From: the human T2T-CHM13v2.0 reference genome, Homo sapiens
Reading direction: 5' to 3' (one strand)
NCBI RefSeq assembly: GCF_009914755.1
Contig: NC_060927.1
Length of the DNA: 64,000 bases
The position numbers and the translations under genes are program-made. Within the stretch, counting starts at the first letter, position 1; the number at the start of each line of letters is the position of its first letter. The notes below the pieces were generated by a model. The model ran no database searches and was not told the DNA's origin. It saw only the letters and a list, made by a program, of their open reading frames with translations. Below are positions 48,801-64,000 of the stretch, one piece after another.

Positions 48801-50463
48801 AGCGAGCCGAGATCACGCCACTGCACTCCAGCCTGGGCACCATTGAGCGCTGAGTGAACCAGACTCCGTCTGCAATCCCGGCACCTCGGGAGGCCGAGGC
48901 TGGCGGATCACTCGCGGTTAGGAGCTGGAGACCAGCCCGGCCAACACAGCGAAACCCCGTCTCCACCAAAAAAATACGAAAACCAGTCAGGCGTGGCAGC
49001 GCGCGCCTGCAATCGCAGGCACTCTGCAGGCTGAGGCAGGAGAATCAGGCAGGGAGGTTGCAGTGAGCCGAGATGGCAGCAGTACAGTCCAGCTTCGGCT
49101 CGGCATCAGAGGGAGACCGTGGAAAGAGAGGGAGAGGGAGACCGTGGGGAGAGGGAGAGGGAGAGGGAGAGGGAGAGCAGGACAGTCAAATTTTAAAGCT
49201 CCAAAATGATCTCCTTAGACATCAAGGTCATGCTGATGTAAAACGTAGGTTCCCACGGTCTTGGGCAGCTCTGCCCTTGTGGCTTTGCAGGGTACAGCCT
49301 CCCTCCTGGCTGTTTTCATAGTCTGGCACTGAGTGTCTACAGCTTTTCCAGGTGCATGGTGCAAGTGGTAGATGGATCTACTATTCTGGGGTCTGGAGGT
49401 CAGTGGCCATCTTCTCACAGCTCCACTAGGCAGTGCCCCAGTAGGGACTCTGTGTGGGGGCTCCAACCCCACATTTTCCTTCTGCACTGCCCTAACAGAG
49501 GTTCTTCATGAAGGCCCTGCCCCTGCAACAAACTTCTGCCTGGGCATCTATGCATTTCCATACATCTTCTGAAATCTAGGCAGAGGTTCCCAAACCTCAA
49601 TTCTTGACTTCTGTGCACCCACAGGATCAATACCATGTGGAAGCTGCCAAGGCTTGGGCTTGCACCCTCTGAAGCCACAGCCCGACTATACATTGGCCCC
49701 TTTCAGCCATGGCTGGAGCAGCTGGGACACAGGGCACCAAGTCCCTAGATTGCACACAGCACAGGGACCCTGGGCATGGCCTACAAAACCACAGTTTCCT
49801 CCTGGGCCTCTGGTCCCGTGATGGGAGGGGCCTCCATGAAGGTCTCTGACATAGCCTGGAGACATTTTCCCCATGGTCTTGGGGATTAACATTAGGCTCC
49901 TTGCTACTTATGCTAATTTCTGCAGCCAGCTTGAATTTCTCCCCAGAAAATGGGGTTTTCTTTTCTGTTGCATAGTCAGGCTGCAAATTTTCCTGTCTTC
50001 TTCTGAGCCCTTCAAACTGTTCCAATCTCTGCCTGTTACCCAGTTCCAAAGTCACTTCCACATTTTCGGGTATCTTTTCAGCAATGCCCCACTCTATTGG
50101 TGCCAATTTACTGTATTAGTCCATTTTCAGGCAGCTGATAAAGACATACCTGAGACTGGGAAGAAAAAGAGGTTTCATTGGACTTACAGTTCCACATGGC
50201 TGAGGAGGACTCAGAATCATGGCAGGAGGCGAAAGGCACTTCTTACATGGCAGCAAGAAAAAATGAGGAAGAAGCAAAAGCGGAACCCCCTGATAAACCC
50301 ATCAGATCTCGTGAGATTTATTCACTATTACGAGACTAGCACAGGAAGGACTGGCCCCCATGATTAAATTACCTCCCCCTGGGTTCCTTCCACAACATGT
50401 GGGAATTCTGGGCGATACAAATCGAGTTGAGATTTGGGTGGGGGATGCAGCCAAACCATATCA
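45834..50463 (-). mobile_element. Two-LTR THE1(A-like) provirus (LTRs 45834-46189 and 50112-50463); internal region interrupted by an SVA
   Basis: Both LTRs read tgtattagtc...accatatca; 5-bp TSD ctgag at 45829-45833 and 50464-50468; THE1-int sequence lies between. Confidence 0.95.
46438..49177 (-). mobile_element. Full-length SVA nested in THE1-int, with 48-nt extra 3' segment
   Basis: SINE-R, VNTR with ~127-bp higher-order repeats, Alu-like domain, hexamer; TSD caggacagtcaaatttta at 46420-46437 and 49178-49195. Confidence 0.96.
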
Positions 50464-51582
50464 CTGAGGAAATACACACAGCATCATCCAGAACTGGCCC
50501 ATCCTCCCTGGGATGCAGTGGGTTATTCACACTCAGGTTCTCAGGAGGAAGGAGCTGTGGACTTGGACTTGGAAAGCCCCTGGCATAGGCAATCCAAATA
50601 GAAATCCAAGAGGACTTCGGTGTGGTCCTCTTAGAGGGCATGGAGGCAGGGTTGTGCTGCAGGGAGAGCCCAGCCCCAGGCATATGGGAGGGCAGGGAGG
50701 GCATGGGGGTGCTGGACTGTGAGAGCCGATGCCTCCCTGGAATTGTACAGGCTGCACTGGTCTGGAAGGAGGCCCCAGCACAGCCTGCGTGAGGAAGCTG
50801 GCGTGCACGGAGGCCTTGGGGAATGATTCTGCAGCTGTGCAGCAAATATTGGCTAACGGTTTAGCTGGGCCCAGGGAAAGGAATACATTACAGGGAATTG
50901 CAGGCCAGGCACATTTAATCTACGCTAATTTACTGTATTGGAGAGAAGGAGAGGGAGGGAGAGAGATGGAGACAGAGCAAGCAAGTGCAACTGGACTAGT
51001 GGACACCATCTGCCTCCATCTCTCTTCGTGCCTGAATTGGGAACGGGAGGGTTTAGTTTCTTGGGGCCTCATGGGCCGTGTGCCTCTAGCCTGCCGAGTG
51101 TGAGTCCAGTGTCTGCCCACATGTGTTCCCACCCCTGAATGTAAGCTGGCTGCCTCACCTGGGCTCAGCCAAAGGGACAACAGCCATCCCTCTGATGACA
51201 AGTGGCACCGCAGCCCAGGCAGCCAGGGCAGTCGGTGCGCTGAGTCACTTGCTTTGAGCCCGGAAGCTGCTGCTGGTTCTCGTGCTGCTTCCTTGGGGCG
51301 TTGGTTTGAGTGTGACTCTTGCCCACCCTGCTGACTTTGAACCGGCCCCTGGTCAGGGCTGACCCTACTGGGGGGCTCGGTCCAGCTGTGCTGCCTGGCT
51401 TCAGATGTGGCCTCCCTGTCCCAGGGCACCCCCCCGGGGCACTCCACGGTGGGGCAGCGAGGGCGCAGGCGTGGATGCTGCAAGCTCATCCTCCACTCGG
51501 CCCTCCCTCATGTTCCAGCCGTGCTCCCTCCCCAGGCTGCCCGCACACACTCCACCCTGGAGGATGAGCTCACAGAGTCCCT

Positions 51583-52275
51583 TTTTTATTGTGGTGCAAT
51601 GCACATAACATAAAATTGACCACCGTAACCATCTTTGAGTGTACAGTCAGGGGTATTAGTACATTCACATTATCATACAACCGTCACTACCATCCATCTC
51701 CAGAACTTTTCATTTTCCCAAACATGAAACACTGACTCCCCATTCCTCCTCCCCCAGCCCCTGGCAACCCCCATTCCACTTTCTGTCTCCATGAGTTTGA
51801 CCGCTCCAGGGACCTCATCTAAGGACAATCACACAGTATTTATTCTTTTGTGACTGGCTTATTTCACTTAGAGTAATGCCCTCAAGGTTCATCCATGTTG
51901 AATTTCCTTCCTTTTTAAGGCTGACTATAAGGATGGGTGCACCACATTCTGTTTATTCCTCCATCGATGGTCACTTGGGTTGCTTCCACACTGTAGCTGT
52001 TGTGAGTAATGCTGCTATTCATGTGGATGTACAAAGATCTTTTTGAGACCCAACTTTTATTTCTTTCCTGTATATACCCAGAAGTGGGGTTGCTGGACCA
52101 TACGTTAATTCTGTGCTTAATTTTTGGAGGAACCACCATACTGTTTTCATAGCAGCTGCACTGTTTTTCATTTCCACCAATAGTACATAGGGTTCCAATT
52201 TCTTCACATCCTCGCCAACAATTGTTAGCATCTGTTTTTTGATAGGAGCCATCCAAATAGGTGTGAGGTGCCAGC
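51583..52275 (-). mobile_element. L1MB-like 3' fragment
   Basis: acataacataaaattgacc, ggcttatttcacttag, ttccacactgtagctgttgtgagtaatgctgct. Confidence 0.85.
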
Positions 52276-52399
52276 ACAGACTTTTGCACGTGGTAAAATG
52301 AGTGGATAGAGACAACGTCTGAAGCATTGAAGCAAGACGACTCTTCGCAGCGGCTGCAGTTGGCTGGAGTGTCATTGTGGATTGGAAAATAATGTATTT

Positions 52400-52575
52400 C
52401 TTTCTCTTTTTAGAATTTTACTTTAAGTTCCAGGATACATATACAGAAGGTGCAGGTTTGTTACATAGGTAAACGTGTGCCATGGTGGTTTGCTGCACCT
52501 ATCTGTCACCTAGGTATTAAGCCCTGCAAGCATTAGCTATTTGTCCTGACACTCTCAGTCCCCCATCCCCCAATA
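52400..52575 (-). mobile_element. L1PA-type 3' end fragment
   Basis: tactttaagttccaggatacat...gtttgttacataggtaaacgtgtgccatggtggtttgctgcacc. Confidence 0.8.
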
Positions 52576-52926
52576 TGCAGATTCTTTTAAAGTACTCCAT
52601 AATAATTTCCCCACATTATTTTCCCATTTGTCCTAACTAGCAGGATTTTAATGTAACAAAGCTATCCGACAAGCCACAGGGTTTATGTCTACAAGTGAAC
52701 TCTCTCAGCAACACAGATGCATAGCACTGTGATTTTTGTGTTTTTTAGAACACACCCTATTGTATTGGAATCCTGGAAATGAAAATGCTATTCCCCTGTG
52801 GACAAAGCTTTCCAAAGGGGAAACATCACTTGGGGAAAAATGTGGTGCTTCTGTCCAGGATAATGGATATCACAGCCGTGCCTGTGACCTCGTGGGTCTG
52901 CACTTTGCACATGAAATCTTAAATTA

Positions 52927-53851
<925 letters not shown>

Positions 53852-54307
53852 AATACATAAGGTGTCCACACTGGGCCGGCTTGCTCGCCCTCCCTGCTGT
53901 GCCATCTTCCAGAAAGCAGCCCAGCCTGGAGAGCAGGGGCTAGCAGCCGTTCTTCCCCACTCTCTTGGCCTTTCAGCTGCCTGTTTGTCAGGAGTCAGGT
54001 GCACTTCCCTGCCAGGCGTTCACCCTGACCTGGGGCACTCAGTTCACACTCTCAACCTCGTTATCTGGAAAGGAATCTAGCCCCGGATTTTTATGAAAGT
54101 CACTTTTTCAGGTTGTTGTTGGTTACAGACGCGATGTTGTTTCTGATCTAGAAAGTCTAAGGAAGCAGAAAGAGAAAGAGTTTGGAGAGGCCCCCCAAGG
54201 CGAAGTCAGTGAGGGGACACGGTGAATTTCCTTACAGTCTTCCCTGGTCATGGTTTGCTCACAGTTGAAACAACTCTGTAACTGCTTATAAATGATAAGG
54301 GGGGGGA

Positions 54308-55766
54308 GTGTGCATTGTGTTTTGATGTGTGTGGTGTGGATGTGCTGTGTGTAGTGTGTTTTTGATATAAGTGATGAGTGTGGTGTGTACGTGTGTGGTA
54401 TATGTGAGTGTGCTGTGTGTATATTGTGTGGTATGGTGTGTATGTGTGTACTGTGTGGAGGGTGTGGTGGGTGAATGTGTATGATGTGCATGTGCATATG
54501 TGTAGAGTGTATGTGTGTGGTGTGGTGTATGTGTGTGATATGTTTGTGTGTGGTATAGGTGTGGTGTGTGTACGTGTATTTGCGGTACGGTGTGTATATG
54601 TGTGGTGAGTGTGGTGTGTGTGAATGCATGTTGTATGGATGTGGTATGTGTGGTAGGTGTGTAGTGTGAGCAGTATGGGTGTTGTATGTGTGTGGTATAT
54701 GTGTACGTTGTGATGTGTGATGTGGGTGTGATGTGTTTGGTAGGTGTGTGATGTGTGTAGTGTGGGTGTGGGTGTGGTGTGGAGGTGTGGTGTGTATTGT
54801 GTATGTGCATGTGTGTGGTGTGTGCATGCAGGTGTGTGTGTGACGTGTGTGGTGTGGGTGTGTGTGGATGTGGAGTGGCTGGGGTGTGTGGTGTGTGGGT
54901 GTGTGGTATGGTGTGTGATATAGGTGTATGTGTGTGGTGTTTGCTGTGTTTGTGTGTGGTATGTTGTGGGTGTGTTGTGTAGCGTGTGGTCTGAATGTGG
55001 TGTGTGGTGTGGTGTATATGTATGTGTGTGGTATGTGGTATGTGTGTGTGTGGTGTGTGTGTGGATGTGGTATGGGTGGTGTGTGTGGTGTGTGGTATGT
55101 GTGTGGTGTGTGGTTGTGATGTGAGTGTGGGTGTTGGTGTGAGTGTGGTGTGTATTGTATGTGTATGCATATGGTGTGTGGTTTGGCATCTGTGTGTGGT
55201 GTGCAGTTTATGTGTGTGGTGTTTGTATATATGTATGTATGTGGTATGGGTGTGTGCTGTGGGTGTGTGATGTGTGATGTGTTTGGGTGTGTATGTGTGT
55301 GTTGTGTGTGTGGCATATGTGCATAGTGTGTGGTGTGGGTGAGGGTATGGATAGTATGTGCGTTTTATGTGTATGTGTGTGGTGTGTGTGGTGGGTGTGT
55401 GGTGTGTGTGGGTGTGTCGTGTATGTGTGTAGTGTATGTAGTGTGTGGTGAATGTATATGTGATGTATGTATGCGCTGTATGTGTATGTGGTGTGTGTGT
55501 ATGTGTGGCATAGGTGCATGGCGTGTAATGTATGTGTGTGTTTGGTGTGTGTGTGTGTGGTGTGTGTGGTATGTCTGTATGTCTGTGTGGTGTGTGTGTA
55601 TGTGTGTTTGGTGCATGTGTGATGTGTGTGTGGTATGTGTGGTGTGTGTATATGTTTGTATGGTGTGTGTGTGTGTGTGGTGTGTGTATGGTGTGTGTAT
55701 GTGTGTTTGGTGTGTGTGTATCTGTGTTTGTGTGGTGTGCGTGTGGCATATGTGTGTGGTGTGTGG
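54308..55766 (+). repeat. Degenerate (TG)-rich low-complexity tract, ~1.46 kb
   Basis: Continuous gtgtg/gtatg/tggtg motifs. Confidence 0.95.
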
Positions 55767-55932
55767 GTTTTCCCAGAATCACGTGGGGGCTGCTTCTCCA
55801 CCCCATCCCAGCTGCTTGCAGAGGTCCTGGTGGCTTTGCCTGGAGTAGAGGGAAGGGTACCCTGGTGTCCCTGGGCAGCTTCGGTTGACTCAGATGGGGG
55901 CAGGGTGTCCTCGTGGGCGAGCAGTTTCCTAA

Positions 55933-56600
<668 letters not shown>

Positions 56601-56602
56601 TA

Positions 56603-58771
<2,169 letters not shown>

Positions 58772-59539
58772 AAACTGAAGTCTCTGGTTACAAAATCCTT
58801 ACTGTCAAGTTCCATTCCATTTCCATGGAAAATGAGCAATATACTAATTCTGGCTACTTCCGACTGAAAAGGGGAGTAGTTAGGGAGCTGTGGAATGGAA
58901 CTGATCTACTTGGAGTTGAAAGTATTTGCAAGTCCCTGAACTTACAGACAAAATCTTTTGAAGCATCATGGTGCAAAGGGCCAGAAGCCCCTGGGAGAAC
59001 TGGTCCTGCATTCCCATGCATGGCACACAACAGCAATAGAGTCCACAGCAGAAGAATAAGCCTGTTCCTATAATCATGGCCAAAATCATGAGCAATTTTT
59101 CCACCAGAAGGGGCCTGATACAAACCATGATAAAAGCCATTGATTTAGATATTGTGGGATCAGACATAGCACTAGTTTACTTGTGTATGTCTCGCAGGGC
59201 TGAGAATATGTTTCTGGAGTTATCCAGGAAGTACACACAACATTCAGTCTCTTTAAAATTTATTATTATCATTTTGAGACCGGGTCTCACTCTTTCATCC
59301 AGGCTGAAGAGCAGTGGCATGAAAGTGGCTCACTGCAGCATCGACCTCCTGGGCTCAAGTGATCCTCCTGCTCCAGCCTCCGTGTAGCTGGGACTACAGG
59401 TGTGTGCAACCACCCAGGGCAAATTTGATTTTTTTGTAGAGATGGGCTCTCACTTTTTTGTTCAGGCTGGTCAATCAAATTTATAGTCCATGTTTCCCAC
59501 TGTCAATTGTACCCAGAGCTCCAGTGGGGATCTGAGGAC

Positions 59540-60443
59540 AGGTTGGCTAATTATACATATTTAACAGGCTTTGGGAGGAGCTATGAATGCTCGTGAAGGT
59601 GGTCCTGACATGTGTATTGAACAAATACGCATGTGACATATGACCCATGTTCAGTTTGGAGTGGGGACCATTTAAATGTGTTACAATTAGGCCCTATATG
59701 TCAAAAAGTTTTTTCGGGACACAAAGGCATCCAAGTGTGTGATTTTTGTAGACCGGCCAGAACTAATGCAAGCTCGGTGGTCTTTTTATCAGGGGAAAGT
59801 TACTGAAATCAGTCTCTTGTTTAATTAAAGCCGTAGCTGTGGCTGGTAGAATGGGGCCCGTTGTCAGTCAGTCAACATTAGAGGAGTGTAAATGGTTTTA
59901 ATGTTGCTTATCTCGAGGCCAGTGGTTGTTTGGCTGCTGGGACCTCAGTTTTAAAAATCACCTACTTTGTTTTTCTTTCACCTCTCCACTCTCACCCCTT
60001 CATTCCTTCCCTCTGTAGACACTCCTCTCCGGCAATGCATGTTTATCTAATTATGCTCTTGTTTAAGAAACCCCAGAGGCGAATCTTGAAACAAACCAGG
60101 CATGGAGCCTCTGTGGAATACTCCCGCTTAGGGGGAGTCATGAACAATTAGTCCACCACCATTGGGCCAAAGTCACAATAACACCAATCAGACCTCCAGA
60201 CCAGCAATGACCTGAGACAGCCATGGGGACAAAGACACAGACTCTGTGCCCTGCACCATTCCCATATCTCCCATGCCAAGTTTCGCTTTAAAACCCCTAT
60301 GGTCAATTTGAAAAGGTAAGATGCTCCTTTAGAACGCTCGTTTGACATCTCCATTTGCCGGCTCTCCAATTAAACCTGCTTTTCTTCCCACCAGCCCTCA
60401 CCTTTCATGTTTGGCTCATGTAGCTGAACCTGGGTCCACTTAC
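59540..60443. mobile_element. ERV1-class (MER4-group-like) internal/LTR fragments
   Basis: LTR-like features (aattaaacctgcttttc, terminal cttaca); family uncertain. Confidence 0.55.
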
Positions 60444-60486
60444 AGAGGTTAACGATCATGCCTGCATTTTGCCCAGTGCTTCCTCA

Positions 60487-60863
<377 letters not shown>

Positions 60864-61029
60864 TTAATGGATTTACCCTAAGTCACAAGCCTAGGATGTA
60901 GCTGAGCTAGGTCACCTGTTCCCCAGCCCATGCCTGCTGCCCGGCTAAAGGAGGGGAAGGTGAGAAGGATGGCACAGTGGAAAAGATAAGCTCTTGGGAG
61001 CAGCCACGTCTTGCTGTCAGAGGGTAAAT

Positions 61030-62365
<1,336 letters not shown>

Positions 62366-62389
62366 TCATGAAAAAAAACTAGTTCCAAC

Positions 62390-63390
62390 CATCATGGGCA
62401 TAAGGAGACCCACAATGGGTAGCTCCTCTCTGTAGGCAGGTGGTCCTGTGGAGTGTTCAGCTCTCAGCAGAGAGGAGGCCCTGGGAGGGTGGCTCCTCTC
62501 TGCAGGCAGTTCATCTCATTGTCTCTGCAGCTCTCAGTAGATTGGAGCCCCTGGAGAGGGTAGCTCCACTCTCTACTGGTCGTCCTGACATCTGCCGAAC
62601 TCCTAGCAGAGAGGAAGCCCTGGAGTGGGTTGCTCCTCTCTGAAGCTGGTAGTCCCAACATCTCTGCAGGCCTGTGAAGCTCTCAGCAGAAAGGGTAGCT
62701 CTTCTCTGCAGCTGGTCATCCCATAGTCTGCTTAGCTCTGGCTGAACCTGGGGTTTTTATGGGCCTCAGAGGGGAAAAAGTGTATGCTGATTGGTACTTG
62801 GGTGGGCCTGGAAAAGGCACCACAAGTTCCCAGTCCAGTCCATGAGACTGGCAGCCTTGGCTCCCAGCCTTCAGACCCTCCCTGGCCTGAAGGTGGGGCC
62901 TCACTGGGGACCGGCCCCCTTCCATCCAGGAATCTGTCTGCCTCCTGCTGCCTTCATGACACCTGAGCTTGGCCCCAACATTCCTCCAAGATTGGAGTGG
63001 GCAACAACAGCAGGGAGAAGCCAGGCAATGGGAGCAGGCACTGCTGAGCCTGCAAGGGGAAGGGATGCTTCCTGGCCCTCAAGAGTGCAGGGGTGCCTGA
63101 GTCTGCAGCCATGGTTTAGGCAGCTACAGCTGTGCCTGGGAGGGCAGGGATCCTGCTTGCTCCTGGCCTCCCAAGAGCACAGGGAGGCTCAGACCTGCAG
63201 CCACAAGTTGGGCAGCTACAGCCCTGCCCCGGAGGGCAGGGCTCCTGCCTGCTCTGTGGAGTGGGAGGCCCAGGTCTGCAACCCAATGGTTTGGGCAGCT
63301 GCAGTGGCACCTGGGGAGCTCCCACCCCAACTTGGAAGGGCTTCATGGAGTGTGCAACCCTAGCCACGTCTCCCTGCTGCAGCTGGGAGC
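62390..63390. mobile_element. MER52-like LTR
   Basis: Repeated gggtagctcctctctgcagg motifs and gtatgctgattggt. Confidence 0.65.
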
Positions 63391-63499
63391 TACAGTTGAA
63401 CAGTTGGCTACATTTCATTGTCCAAAACACAGTGATCTGGAGCAGCCACTGCCATCAATGGTATATCAGAATCATGTTGAAATACGGTGTTCTATTGCT

Positions 63500-64000
63500 G
63501 TTACTGGAAGGAGGGCCTTGGGTGTAAGTTGTCTAGGTTCTTGGTGTTTTGAACAAAAAACTGGACAAAATGCACTAAGTAACAAAGGAATGAAACACAG
63601 GATCGAAGTACCAAAATCAGGGATTTATAAAAGAGAGAAGGTACGCCACAGGGTGGGACTGGGCCCGAGCAGCTCAAGGGCCCAGTTACAAAGTTTTCTG
63701 GGTTTCAAGCACTCCTTTTGAGGTTCCTATCAGTTACCCCTTATATAGTTGAAGGATTTGGTCTGTGGCTAAGTAAACACTGAGGTGAATGGCACCCTAT
63801 GCAGATGAAGGGATGGTCCCTGCTTGGCCTGTGGCCACTCCAAGCCACTCTCCCTTTTTGTCTAAGCCATGGTGGAAGGGGGAGGGTTGTAGAAAGAGTA
63901 ACCTTTGACCCTTTGCTACTAAGGCATGGGGAGCTGGGTTTTTCCTTTCGGTTTAGCTTCAGGAAGTTGGCATTAACTGGCCTTAGGGCCCCTGCCTCCA
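63500..64000. mobile_element. ERV1 LTR running off the window end
   Basis: Begins tgttactgg...ggttcttggtgttttgaacaaaaaactggacaaaatgcac; family not assigned. Confidence 0.65.

Overview
Human (primate) genomic DNA. It is most consistent with the H1-10 (H1FX) locus on 3q21.3, recognised from the H1.10/H1x protein. The only intact protein-coding sequence is the intronless linker histone H1-10 (minus strand, 59-700) in a CpG island. Its promoter has TATA, an H4-site-II-like element, an H1/AC-box variant and a TG box exactly 354 bp further upstream. The rest is a rearranged, repeat-dense interval. It holds a 3-exon unprocessed NUP210 fragment and an old tandem array with three decayed Smok/MARK-like kinase copies, two of them fused at a microhomology junction. 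It also holds two full-length SVAs (one nested in a two-LTR THE1 provirus and carrying a short 3' transduction), many Alus (one pair with an apparent gene-conversion tract, one with a triplicated right arm), L1/L2/MIR fragments and ERV LTRs. A speculative decayed multi-exon minus-strand gene may lie at ~36.4-43 kb. Repeat subfamily calls are by eye and their boundaries are approximate. No searches were run.
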